From positions 27,280,001 through 27,344,000 of the forward strand of contig CM068746.1 of assembly GCA_035084275.1 (NCBI GenBank): a DNA stretch of 64,000 nucleotides, read 5' to 3'. Source of the stretch: Hydrolagus colliei (Eukaryota). The notes under the pieces were generated by a model. It was not told where the DNA came from. It saw only the letters and a program-made list of their open reading frames with translations, and made no database searches. How positions within the stretch are numbered: position 1 is the first letter of the stretch; each line of letters starts with the position of its first letter. A program made the position numbers and the translations under genes. This document shows, piece by piece, positions 12,626-25,575 of this stretch.

Positions 12626-15582
12626 TGCCGCACTATCCCTGAATTCACACAAAAATGGATAATTCACATCATTTTGAAGAGAGCTTGGAAACACATGACA
12701 TAGGTTTACTTTATAAATGCTGATTTGTTGTACGTAATGACGTTGAGACCATTGAGCCAAGTCAGTTTGAGGTCTGAGTTGGTCTTACTATCAGAAATTT
12801 CATTTGGAATTATCTGTGTGAGCATCAACTCAAGCTTCCAGGATGGTTGGTACATTATTCTTATCATAGGTAAGTGTTTACTCAAAGTAATATTCAAATT
12901 CTGGCTTTGTGCCACTCAGCATACATTGCTTCGACTTTCTTTGTGTTTCAGATGGTGCAAAACAATTAATACTCTGAACTCTCTTTAAAAAAAATGCTTT
13001 GAATGGAGGATAGCTGATAATAAATCTAAAAGCAACAGTTGTGCTTTATGGGTTAAAGGTAATGGGAAAAGCTGGCACCTTGTACAAATTAAAATAAGAT
13101 TGATTACAGGTGCAAAGGACTGTAATAATACAGTTCATCTTCTTTAAGTCTGTAACTGCTGTTTCCTAGATTTTGCACCAGACTGACAAAAAAAGTCACA
13201 TTCATTTATAAGTTGCACCAACTTAGGAAGTAGGTTAATAGCGTATTCAAACCTATGTGGTTCATTTTGGCCTATTTTGTGATGTGCTGGGATTAGTTAT
13301 GAAAGGACAGTTGGGAGTACCTGCAGTCATGCATGACTGCCATAACAACTGTTACTGAACACAATGATCAATCCCATAATCTAACGTGCCACGTAAGTCT
13401 AAAGTGCACCTGCACAATTGTGTGATCATTATTTATATTACTTAGCAAGTGTTCTGTATGGTGCATATGTTTTTCAGCAATCCCGCTGATTGGGATTGGA
13501 GACAGTGGGGACAGAAATTCCACCCGAGTCTATTGTTCTATTTGTTCAAATAGTCGACAGTCTATTTGTTCTATTTCCTTCTCATTTCTGAGCATGCAGA
13601 ATTCTTTAAATAGAGCCTTAGTTGCCTGAATTACACAGACTGTACAGCATGAACATAGGCCATTTGGACCACCTAGTCTGTGCTAGTGTATATGTTCCAC
13701 ATGAGCCTCTATCCCACCTATTCTCTCATACTTTTCTGTCCCCTTCTCCTTCATGTATGCGTCATGTTTCCTCTTAAAAAACATTGATGCTTTCTGCTTT
13801 CTGTGACTCCTGGCAGAAGGTTCCACATTCCCAACATCCTCTGAGCATAATAGTTCTTTCATAATACCCCCATCTAAATCTGCTACTGGCTAACGCACAA
13901 TTATAATTTTGAAACCACCTTTCTATCAATTCTTTTAAGAACTACAACAGAAAAACGGATTCAAAGTTAAGACTGAAATCAACAATTTGCCAAATTCTGG
14001 CATGTTTTGAAATACTGAGAGTCAATCTTGACCCCAGGTGGAATATCTATTGCTATATAATTTTAGAGTCTGTACGACTACTAGAAAATGCTGGAAAAAT
14101 AATTGAACTTGCAAAGAGTTATGACATAACCGGAGTGAAACAAATGTGTTACGTGCATCACATTGCCACATTTTTTTGCCCCTATATTTCTTAGCTTTTA
14201 TTACTTTGCAGGAAATATGTATTAGCACCGAAGAAAATACGGTTTATAAACCATATAAACCATAATGGTTTATTAACCAAAGTTGTGACTTTTCAAAATT
14301 AAAATAAAGAATTAATGCTGCTAATGCAGCAAATCAAACTTAACTTGGAAGGAAAACATTTTAACTGACTCAAAAGTAAAAGTGAAAGAAAATCGATCTA
14401 CGTTTTGAAGCAAACGTAAAAGCCATTGACTAACGGCCACTTCCTTTAGAAAGGATGAATCGGGTACTCTAAAGATATGTCTGACTTCCAAGTTGATCCA
14501 GATAAGTTATGTTTTCAGACAAAGTCCTAGTGGCAAAATGCTTGTGGATCGATCAGTCACATAAAACAGCTCTCCACAGTGGGCTCTAGAAATAGTTATC
14601 TGTGGAGGTTTTGTGGTAACATTGAATACGTATTTTTGAAGAAACATATTTTCTAGATCTGCAAAAGGCTTTGTGAATTGTAAAGGCCTAAGCGATTGTG
14701 TGTTCCACTTCTCCCTCTTTATCAGTGGCCCATAGCTGCTGCTGATTTTGCACAAAATTGACATTGATTTGCCCCACAGACTTATGAAAAATTCATGGGC
14801 CAGACAATTCATATGAAAACGTCTGATCATTAATGGTTTTTATAGTGCCTATTGAGTTTAATCATTTTAGCATTAGCTTTCCTTCCATTTTAAATTACCA
14901 AAACCTTTGTATCTACTTTTGTCAACTATAGGTTTCCTTTTACCTTTTTTTGTACCGTAGGCAAAGGGTTACAGTATGGAGGAATGAATCCTTTCCATTT
15001 TACATGTCAGTGTCAAGCACTCTCCAGATCTAGTTAACTGCAATTGTGGTTCTTTGTAACATTGCTGTTACCCCCAAAGCATTCTCAGCCCCCTACTCAG
15101 AAGAGCACCTCCTACAACGTCAGGGCAGCAGTTCAGTTCTTGTTGCACATCCCACAGTCTCTGATACCAAGACTTGTAAATGAATCCCTGTTGTTGGTAA
15201 ATTTATAGCGGTTTCATGCTCTGAAGTCATCCTTTGGGAGGTGGAATGAGATTTCCAGAACTCATTTCACTTGTGACCTGTACAGCCTCCAGAGATAAGA
15301 GAATTTAATCACATCTGATTATTTTTTGTCGTCCTTTATGAAGATCTCTGATTATTCCATTTCGTGTTTCTCATTTTTACTGTTTCTTTCATACTTCACC
15401 GTGCATCATTTAATTCTTAATTTACTTTCTCGTTGGTTTTCTTCATTCTTGTAGTTTATTAAACTTTTTTGTTTTTCCTTCATAGTTTCTTTTACCTTTA
15501 CTCCATTCTTGTAACGATTTAAAAACGGAGGTGTCTCTATTTGCAGGTATAAGAACATCTAACGATCCTTCTGACAATAAAA

Positions 15583-16025
15583 ATAATTGCATTTATCGCA
15601 TCAACAAACGTTTCAAAGCACTTCACAAGATTTATTGTAAAGTAGAGAGTGTATTTGCAGGTGAATGGAGGCGGCTTATTCAATCACAACAATGTCCTTC
15701 AAATAGCAACACAGCGAATGATTGGTTTTATCTGAAGGAATGTTGGTGAGCACATTGGGAGAAATTCCCTTCTCTTTTCGAGAAATGCCATGAGAATTTA
15801 ACATCCACCCGATCAGGCAATTTTATTAAGAATGGCACCTCTGACAAAGCAGTGCTCCACCAGAACTGAAAGGAAGTGTCAGCCTAGGCTATGAGATCAA
15901 CAACAACAACAAATTTACATTTGTATAGCGCCTTTCGCTACGGGGGCTTTGCCTGACCTCACTTGGACCTTGAACCCATAACCTTCTCACTCAGTGATAA
16001 CAGTGCTATCAGTTGAACTAGGCTG
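15583..16025 (-). mobile_element. Deu-domain-type SINE interrupted by an L2 tail (about 15898-15945)
   Basis: Same head, core and tail as 12052-12625, with caacaacaacaaatttacatttgtatagcgcctttc inserted near the head. Confidence 0.75.
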
Positions 16026-16573
16026 ATAACCCAATTTACATTCTTAAAATTATTTCACAATATTAGACATGACTCTGAAACAAATTCCTAAGAGTTTATA
16101 GGTGGTAGTCTGTAAAGTGTAAGTGTTAACAGCTTCCTATTCCTACTACAAACCTGGTTCTCCACTGAATGATGTGCTTCTTTCCTCCTTTTCAGCTATT
16201 TTTTTCTGAAAAAAAGCTAAACAAAATAAGCCTTGGATTTGATAGAGCGTCTTGTCACATCTTCGAAAATTCTCAGAGCGCTTCACAGGAAATACTATAA
16301 AGTGGTTTGGACTGTACTTTGTGGGTGAATATATTAAAATAATATATTAAAGAATAATGTAGTGCACATAAAATATTTTGATGAATGGTCATTGAGGGGA
16401 AGGAGGATTTATCAGTATCAGTGAAATAAAACATACCCTTTTTCTTAAGATGCATGTAGACAATGGAAATCATTACTTAAAGGTGACATTTCATTTGTGC
16501 CAGCACATTTAAACACAAATACACAGTCACTGCACTTCACATCAACACTCTGAGGAGCACTTTCAGATGTCTT

Positions 16574-16882
16574 AACAATAATAATAATAATAATCCTTGC
16601 ATTTTATATAGTGCTTTTCATGTCTTCTAGATGTTTCAAAGTGCTTCACAGAATATACTGTAAGGTGAATTGATTATATTTGTGGGCACAACGCAGCAGC
16701 CAATTGCGCACAGCAGTGTCCCACAAGTAGTCATAGATTGAGTGACTAAATTATTACTTTTTTTGAGGAATTATTATTAGGTGTGTGGAGTAAGGAAACT
16801 TGCCCAAGGTTTCTCCCTGCCAGGAATCAAACCTAAGTCTCCCGCTTGCGAGGTGAGTGCTCTAACACTGAGCTACAGGACT
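16574..16882 (-). mobile_element. Full-length tRNA-headed SINE
   Basis: Minus strand: agtcctgtagctcagtgttagagcac (A box), ggtttgattcc (B box), conserved body and (TAT)n tail. Confidence 0.92.
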
Positions 16883-18409
16883 GAATTTTATTGTTTGGTG
16901 AAATTGAAAGAAATTGTTTGGAGTTGGGAATCTTTTTTTTGGTCTGTTCGGTTCTATCTGTTTCATGCAATTGTTATGTTGTCAGTGAATATGCAAGCAC
17001 CATGGACTTAACTGGCTAAGAGGAGTTATTAAGTCTGACAGTGTGAGGGAGCTGAATTAACATTAATAGATTTGCTCATCATTAATCCAAGGTGCTGCGT
17101 GATTTTGTCATTTCAACCACGTTAATGCTGTTGGCTTCAAAATCTCCTTTCAGCAAGTCCACTCATCTATTCATTAAAATTATGGCACAGAAAGAGGCCA
17201 ATTCAGCCCATCAAACTTATTTTAGTTATGTCTCTTTCAGTGGAGCCAATCATTTCTAAAATATCTGGTCACTGTTTTTTTCTGGTTAGCTGGGTGTCTG
17301 ACACTGTCTGTCACTACAGTGTTCACCAATGAAACAAAAACAGATTTAAAAAAATTCAACTGAAATTAACAAGAAGAAAGCAACAAAAATGATATCAAAA
17401 GATATTCTGAGGTGTTTACAACTATTGGTTAATAGAGTAATGCACCAATTCATTTTAGCATGGATTGATACCTCCCCATCCCCACCAACAACACCCCTCC
17501 TCCTCCCCCCTCCCCACCGCCCAAAAAAGCACGATTTGAACCCAAATAATATGTGTTCATTTCTCTCTGGTATTATGTACACTGAGTTCAGACACTCACT
17601 ACTTTGTTCATAGTGGATACATGCCCTTATCACAAACCTGCCTAAACGTAGCCAGAAAACAAGTATTAAGTTTCTGCTCTGATTCAGTCACCATGAGGAT
17701 GGCTGCTGTCAGAAGTGTATGTATCTCACTGACCCATTGGTCTTAATATTTTCAGGTTGGAATTAAGAGGTATTGTTAGGGCTGAGCTGAGGGAGCTTTG
17801 CTTATGTATCAGGCCTATGCAGTATATGATGTGATCTTTTAATCCCATTGTCCCACCTTGTAGCCATATTCCTTAATACCCTTTCTTTCCAAGTACTGTA
17901 CTGTATATATCTGACTTCCTTTTTAGCATCCCTGTCTATTCTGAATCTATTGCCTTCTGGGGCAGACAATTCCATATTCTCATAATCAAAGACACATTTT
18001 ATTTGCTGCAGAATAAGGTGCTAACAGCAACAGAATTTTGATGTAATATATTGCAATGTTTCTTTCTGGAGAGGATGAGATTAATGATGGCGAATGGTTC
18101 ATCTGTTATTCTGTTATATTGAATAGAAGTTTCACAAGTGTCAGGGAACAGTTGTATATATATTAGTATCTTCTGGTAAATTTGTTTGTTTGCCTGCAAC
18201 TACACAGTCACGACTCTTCACAGTAAAATTCAGTGTGACACTTTTCCAAATCTTGAAGGTATCAAATGCAAGGATTACTGCATATAGAGTTTATGGCGCA
18301 GTTCTTGAATTTAACAGATTTGTTTCAATTACGTAGTTTTTCAATTGCGTACAGTATATGTATATTCACATATATCAAAGAATCTATTAATATTTGATAA
18401 TATTAATTA

Positions 18410-18791
18410 AATCCTTGCATTTTATATACAGGCTAATACAATGAGAGCATTCACAGCGGCTCACAACGTTTCTGTAAAGTTTTGTATTTGTAGGTAATCA
18501 TGACAGTCAATTTGCACATATCAAAGTCCCACAAAGAAGTGACTGGCTATTTTTTTATCAGGAGGATTGTTAGCTGGAAAACCCAGAGCAACTTTCTTCT
18601 CCTTTCAAGTAGTACTGGAAGCTCTTAAAGTCCAGGAAGACGGAATCTCAGTTAAAGTCTCATCTGAAGTGCTGTGCTCCGCCACCACTAACTACACTGG
18701 GGTGTCAGCCTTTACATATGAACTCAAGGTCCCAACATGGTTCAACTCACAACTTTCTCACCCAGAAGTAAAAATGCTACCAACTGAGCCA
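18410..18791 (-). mobile_element. Deu-domain-type SINE (diverged)
   Basis: Head tgctaccaactgagcca at the right end and tail aatccttgcatttt at the left end. Confidence 0.7.
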
Positions 18792-18974
18792 ATCTGATAT
18801 ACGTACAGATATTGTCATTTACCACAAGCAGCAGAAGAAAACGGTCCATTTGTCTGAAATGGAAGATATTAATAAAGACTGAGTAGGTATAAGCAACAAC
18901 AACAACAACAAAATTACATTTATAGAGCACCTTTCACATCAGGAGGATATCACAAGCACAGGAAATGCTAGGTT

Positions 18975-19325
18975 TACTCAATATCTACTGCATGTTTTGT
19001 GTTCTTACTCCCAATCTGTAGCAGAACCTTGCATTTATTTGTATCAATTTGCCAGTGATCAGCCCGTGAGCTTACCCTATCAAGCTCTCCTTGTAAGACC
19101 TTTGCTATCTCCTTTGATTCACTAAGATGAAAGCAAGTTGTTATTGTTGTAATAAACACAAGAATCAAGAGGGCTCTAAAGCAAACCGTTGGGGCACACT
19201 ACTTACTATCTCCTCCATTTTAATCAAATAGAGACTCGGCTTCTTTCCCTTTAGCCAATTCTGAATTGATGTCTTGCCTTTGATGCCCATTTACCTCAAT
19301 ATTAAAACTTCAGTTTGTGAAGCAG
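18975..19325 (-). mobile_element. CR1 LINE RT fragment (old)
   Basis: Translation LQGELDRVSSRADHWQIDTNKCKVLLQIG matches the CR1 LQxDLDxLxxWxxxWQMxFNxxKCKV motif. Confidence 0.8.
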
Positions 19326-19361
19326 CTTTAATGTGATACTTAAAGTGATATTTAATGTGAT

Positions 19362-19500
19362 TTAGTTCTGACGAAGGGTTGTAGACCCGAAACGTTGACT
19401 CATTTTCCTTTCTCCATGGATGCTGCCTGACCTGCTGAGTTTCCCCCAAAACTCTGATTTTGTTTCAGATTCCCAGCATCTGTAGTATTTTTTGTTTTGC
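19362..19500 (+). mobile_element. Penelope-like terminal-repeat fragment (single arm)
   Basis: Same sequence family as the arms at 6.5 and 52.6 kb, flanked by ttaatgtgat at 19352-19361 and 19501-19510. Confidence 0.78.
19364..19400 (+). ncRNA. Minimal type I hammerhead ribozyme motif
   Basis: AGTT (stem I) - CTGACGA (19368-19374) - A - GGGTT/gta/GACCC (stem II) - GAAA (19389-19392) - C - GTT cleavage triplet (19394-19396) - GACT (stem I). Confidence 0.7.
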
Positions 19501-19569
19501 TTAATGTGATATTTTGTGAAACCCTGTTTGAAAATCTTGATATATACTGCAGTGTGGCTCTCCATAGTC

Positions 19570-19890
19570 AATTCCAGCCTGCTCCACGTCCCCCGACCCA
19601 CCCACCCCACCATTGGCGGGCGAGCCTTCAGCCACTCTGCCCCCAACCTCTGGAACTCCATCCCGCAGTCCCTCCACCTCGAGCCCTCCCTGGGCTCCTT
19701 GAAGTCCCGTCTCGAGACCCTCCTCTTCGACGGTCCCATCGGTCGCTTCAAATCCCCCTCTTTCTCTCAACCCTCCCCATCCCCAACCCCAGCTCGGATC
19801 TGAAACAATGACTGTACAGCACCTCGTCGTCCTCCTGACGTGAAAGGCGCTATACAAGTGTAATTTTGTTGTTGCTATTGTTGTTGTGTT
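19570..19890 (+). mobile_element. L2 LINE 3' fragment with tail
   Basis: Translation IGGRAFSHSAPNLWNSIPQSL...LKSRLETLLF, then gacgtgaaaggcgctatacaagtgtaattttgttgttg. Confidence 0.9.
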
Positions 19891-20084
19891 GGCTGTCATT
19901 TATTAGAATATTTTAATTCTAGTTTTCTTTTTTAAAGAGACTCCATTATTTTTTGTTATTAAGAGGTCTGTAAATTGCCAGATGTGGCCCTGTCATCTTC
20001 CTAAAAAGAAACATGACGACATATTTTGCAATGTGTAAGTGTTATTTTGCTTTTTGCAGGCAATGATCTGGACTAACAATCCAG

Positions 20085-20545
20085 TGGTACGCTGTGAATG
20101 CACTCCATTAATGGAGATGCTGTCTTTTGGATGAGATGTGAAACTGATCTCCCATCTGCCTCTTCAGGTTACGGTACAGGACGTTAAAAGATCCCATAGC
20201 ATTACTCGAAAAGAGAAGGGAGTTTCTGGTGGTGTGCTGACTAACAATTGGTCACGTAGTCTGTCCATCACTGATTTTGAGCCAATGCTGTGCAAAAATC
20301 GACAGGCATGTTTGCCCATAAAATAAAATACCCTTTGCAATGAATACTATGAAGCCCACAAAATATACAATCAATTCACTTTACAGTATATTCTGTGAAG
20401 CACTTTAGGATGTCTAGAAGACGTGAAACCACTATATCAAATGCAAGGATTATTATTATTATTTAATTTACAGTATATTCTGTGAAGCCATTTGAGATGA
20501 TCAAAAACTTGATAAGGCGCTATATAAAATGAAACAATTATTATA
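20085..20545 (+). mobile_element. Deu-domain-type SINE with a duplicated or nested SINE tail
   Basis: Core ggagatgctgtcttttggatgagatg...gacgttaaaagatcccatagcatt followed by two consecutive tails. Confidence 0.78.
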
Positions 20546-22789
20546 ATATGGACAGATGTTCAGCATCTCCATCCCTCATCATGGTTTCTGCCAGACCTGA
20601 ATTTGGAAGAGCTTGTGTTTTATTGTAAGGTGAACTGTCAGGACGACTGAAACCCCATAAAAGTTAATCTCCTCTTGCCCAAGCATGTAGCCAGCACCAT
20701 TGTTGACTCGGTAGAAACACAAGTGAGCCAGGCTGATGAAAGCGTGTACTCCAATGAAGCCATGGAAATATTAAAGGGCAAGAATGTGGAACAATTTAGT
20801 TTAAAAATATTGTCCCACACTTAATTACTTCCTTACGCTAAAAGGTAGCGGATGACAGTGCAGTTACTTAAACAAAATGATGTAGAATGGTTATTAGCAT
20901 GCAATCTATTACTTTAACAGACATAAAAATGTCTTAGTGTTAATCAGTTTGTGTTGTTTACCATCTGTTATGCATAAAAATATGTTGTTAGTTTCACAGT
21001 TCTATGTAGCCTATTTTAGAAAACACTGCTTGGATTTGTATTGCCATTAATCTTATGGAGAGAGCACATAATTTATCTCCCCTATGATCAGTATCCCCAA
21101 AGGGTAAATTACTCTAGAGGTCTCCATGCCTCTGCACTGTATCAGATTGACCTGCTTCTTGTTTGCCATTTTTGTATACTACTTGCTTATTTAACAAGAA
21201 AGAGAATGAGTGCAGTTCTCCGAAGGTCCTTTGATAGTAGTTTTGACACTCTGGCTGAATAATGACCCTCATTATTGAGCTCATGACAGGCTCTGAAAGT
21301 TCTGATTTATGAAGTCATTGAAGGTCCAGGATTAGTGCTCTCCTATTCACTGTTCGCAGGACTGGACCACTTCTGATAAAGGCTGGGAAGACATTGCTTT
21401 TATTACAATCAACTTGCAATGAATTCAATAAGGGCAGAATAATGTTGTCCCGTAACCAATTTGAGCTGAAAGTTCTGCTTTCTAATTTTATATTTGAACT
21501 GGAGAGGGTAATTTTCTTTCTCTTAGATTACAATGAGAGCTATTTTAGACCACCTTCCTCTATGGGAAAGGTCATTTTCAACAAAAGAGACTTTAACCTC
21601 CTGTGCCACGCACAGTTGAAAGTCTTTAATTCTGTAGTAACAGCGCTGACTTTATTGAATCTCTTGAATTCTGCCATTTAATCCGAGTTAAAGACCTGAT
21701 GAGTGTAATGTGAATTGAAACACACTTAATTGATTAACTTTGGTTTTTAATCACAGCCATTGGCAAAGTGCCATTTTGAGCATATTATGAATATTTTACT
21801 TTGCTTCAGGAAATATCAAACTTCAGGGGAAAGTGCAGCACATTGAAGCTTGAATCAGAAACTGGGGGAAAAAAAAGTTTGCATTTTTTTAAAAAGATCA
21901 TCAAATTCCTTAATCAAAGCTTAATGTTCCACCAGTTTAATGATAGATTTTCTTGTGTGTAGAAATTCAAGACATTTATGAAGTTATGTTCGTGTGTACA
22001 AAGTTAATATTTTATTAAGGAGTCCTTAAGAAACACTTTTCTGAAATTTAAAGAAGAAATTGCCTGAAACTTAGACCGTGATGTTAATTTTAATTATCTC
22101 AACTAACCAGAAGTACTATATAATATACTACTGAGGATACTAATACAGGTTGTTACATTGTAGCCTGTAGTACTGTATTAAGAACTGCGAGTGCCAGATA
22201 CCAAATTACCATGTTTCAAATCAAATTATAATCATCATTATTATAATTCCATTAGTACAAATGAGAATGGTTATAAACCAATGTAGAGAAATATTATACT
22301 TCAAAATGATTAAAATGTAATGAGATTAAAAATGTTTCCCTTTCCCACCAAAAGTTTTTTTTTGTGTGTGAAGGATGTAGGAGGAAAGTGGGAGGAGGTG
22401 GGGTGGGGGAGGGAGAGAGAGGTTCTAATGTATTTATTTTTTTGCACCTTTGTATTTGCAATGAGAGCTTTTGGCCAACCTTCAACCAGGGCAGGAACAC
22501 AGGCCATGGATTACTCCCAGATCAGCATCAATATTATTGTACAATTAGCTGAGCAGAGTGTTTGTTTTAGGACAGAGACAATATTCTTCCCCACGTTCCA
22601 AGTCAAGGTAAAATATCCCAAGCAGAGATGGGAAAATCTCAGGGTTTCCCATTCTAAGGTCACAAAGCCAACATAAATTGATTGGTGGAAAGAATAGCTT
22701 CAGTAAGTTTCACAGATGATTAGAATATCAATATATTAATCAGCCTTGTTTTCGATGTTCATGTACACAACTAGTGGGGGCCGGGGGGA

Positions 22790-22945
22790 TTGCATTGTCA
22801 TGTCGGATAAAACGCTAAACTGAAGTATGGTCTGCTTAGTCAGGTGGACGTTAAAAATCCCTAGGCACTATTCAGCGGATGATTCTCCCATTGTTCTTGC
22901 CAACAATCCTCCAGATAAAGTTGGTCATTCACTTTTTGGCTATTC
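22790..22945 (+). mobile_element. Deu-domain-type SINE fragment
   Basis: caggtggacgttaaaaatccctaggcactattc core. Confidence 0.65.
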
Positions 22946-22949
22946 ATAG

Positions 22950-23645
22950 CCAGGGGGATGGGGAGGTGGCCGCAAAAAAATGGCTGAAGAGGATAGTTTT
23001 TAGCAGGACTTGAAAGAGCAAAGAGAAGGGGGCAAGTGAGAGTGTTCCAGAGTTTTGGGGTGTAGTGACTGAAAGTGTGACCTCCAATGGTGGGGCAGAG
23101 AGTGCGAGGGCCGAGTAGGAGGTCTGTGCCAGTCGAGCGGAATGATGAGGTTGGAGAGGTAGGGAGGTGTCAGAGAGTGAGTGCATTTCAACACGAGTGT
23201 GAGTATCTTGAAGTCAATCTATTCTGTGATGATGAGCCAGTGGAACCTGGCCAGAACTGATGAGAATTGGGTAACAATGTTTGGTCGTGTCATTGTGTGA
23301 GTGGCAGAGGTCTGAATGAACTGGATCTTTTGAGAGGTGGAGTATGGGAGACCAGCGAGGAGTGTGTTGGAGTAATCCAAGCAGGAGGTGACAAGCACAT
23401 GCACAAGGGTTTCGGCTGCATTTCAGGTAAGGTACGGTCAGAGGCAAGCTATGTGACAGAGGTGGAAGGAGGTGGACCTGGTCAAGGACCACATGTGGGA
23501 GAGGAAGGACAACTGGGGGTTAGTTATGCATTGGTTTGATGAGTCTGAGGAAGAGCCCAGAGTGGTTGAGGAGTTTAGATCCACAGGAGTGAAGATGTTG
23601 ACTGGAGTCAGGGAGTTTGGGATTCGTCTTGTCCACGTTCAGCTG
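22950..23645 (-). mobile_element. L2 LINE 3' fragment (degraded)
   Basis: Translation HVLVTSCLDYSNTLLAGLPYST...LARFHWL. Confidence 0.85.
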
Positions 23646-25254
23646 CAGGAAGGCACTATAGCAATGCGAGAATTTCTGTTGATAGGGTTGCTGTGCAGTC
23701 TTTGATATCTCAATTGAGATATTATTAAGAATTGAAAATATTGTTCCCTGGCTTTATAAAGCTTCCCAGAGAGAATACCTGATTGATGCAAGTTCTACTC
23801 AACCAATGCAGAGAATTACGAGGCGCAGGTAAAATAATAAAATATATCACATAGTCTCTTTCATGTAGGCCACTCTCTGTTGATAACATGTAGGAGTGTA
23901 GTACAATAGTGGGTTGCTGATAGCAATTTGTGCAAAGGGTACTATGACAACAGGTTGGGTGGTAGTACAGTTTAATGGTAGTTTAATCTTACATGAGAAA
24001 TGAACAAATGTAAATTTGGATCTCAGCTGTGTTTCTATTGCTGAGGTTATTAGGTGAACCAGGAACATAAGCAGTGGAATACCTGGCTTCTCAGCAGATA
24101 ATCGTAGGTCCGAGACTCTTCTTTTACCACTGATGCAAACACATTTCACCAACTCTCACTGCAGACTTCGAACTTCAGGAGCATATTGTAGCTCAAGCTC
24201 TCAGAGAGAGGGTTAGAGGGAAAAGATTGACCTTGCTAATTTGTCTCACAGCGTTGCTTACATTAGCTGAGCACGGAGCTTTATTAGTGTTATGATGGAG
24301 TTATCAACCCAAATGATCCTGTTACAAGCTGAGGGGAAGGACTCAAAGCTCAAATAGGTTGCTGTGAGCAAATATCAGAGAGAGGGAGGGAATTTCCAAT
24401 AAAAATAAATGGGCTCTGAGCTACGAGCAAGCTGAGATTACACCGCCTCTTAGGTACCAGAAAGAAAACATCTGTTACCAGATATCAATTCAATGGGCTA
24501 TTTTACACACATGGTCATGTTGCCATCGGTCAAAAGGGTCTGAGTAATGTTATGAAACATAAAATTTCTTAGTATTTTGCTTGCACATTTAGAATTCTGT
24601 AGGAAAATAGTATACATTAAAAATGGTTTGACTTCTTTGCAAAATTAATATTGTTATAGCTGCAGAAGTGACAGCAGGTATCAAAACTAGAAATTGATGT
24701 CAATAGCAATACAGTATTAATATTTAGCACCTGAAGATTGTAAACCACTGATCTCACCTGACACAGTTGGTTAAAGATGAGCGAACAAGATGTATTTCAG
24801 AGGCTTGCTTTGGTTCCAGTTAAACTGACTCAGTCCCATTAATGCAGAAGAACCCAGCATGATAAGTCTCCACTCCCCACTGTTACTACTATCTGTACTC
24901 ATCTGATTTTCAACAGCCCTACAGCTAATCCTGCTACATGACTTGTTCATTTTTAAGTGATTCTGGATGCAGTAAATATTGATATTAAAAATAGCTTACT
25001 TTTTTACACTATGTGCATTGTGCTCCAAATGCCTTTGAAGACGTAAATCAATGCATTTAAAATCCTGTAAAACTAGTTTCTGACACATCAATATACTGTA
25101 TGTCAATCTACCTGTGCCAATTTGTATCACACAATCTCAGGTGATACGTTAACATTGCTATCATGCACAGGGTGGGGGGTGGGTGGAGAGTTCAGTTTGT
25201 TCCTTTTTTGCTGGATTGTAGTCCCTGAGTTGTTGTGTCTATTTCCCCATGGGC

Positions 25255-25575
25255 TTGAGGTATCTGTTTACATCAGTTTGCCCATGCATTACATAGGCAG
25301 CCAGTTTATGCTCAGTGATGTTCCTACATACAGTCATGTTTGACCAATTTTATTCTAGGGGATTGTTGGCCAGGACATTAGGAGAAATTCCCTTCTCTTT
25401 TTGAAATAGTGCTTTGGGATCTTTAACACCCAGCTGAAGAGTCAAACGGGACCTTGATTTGATAATTCATACGACGGCCAGTGATATTCCGGTGGAGTGC
25501 AGCAATGCAGCACTCCACCGGAATATCAGCCAAGAATAAGATAATTCAAAGTTCTGACTGAAAAGTGAGAGCCCT
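25255..25575 (-). mobile_element. Deu-domain-type SINE containing a 19-bp perfect inverted repeat
   Basis: ggggattgttggccaggacattaggagaaattcccttctc core; inverted repeat at 25482-25528. Confidence 0.72.

Noticed and set aside
21589-21624. Small stem-loop gacttt...aaagtc
   Set aside because: Short and bulged; expected by chance.
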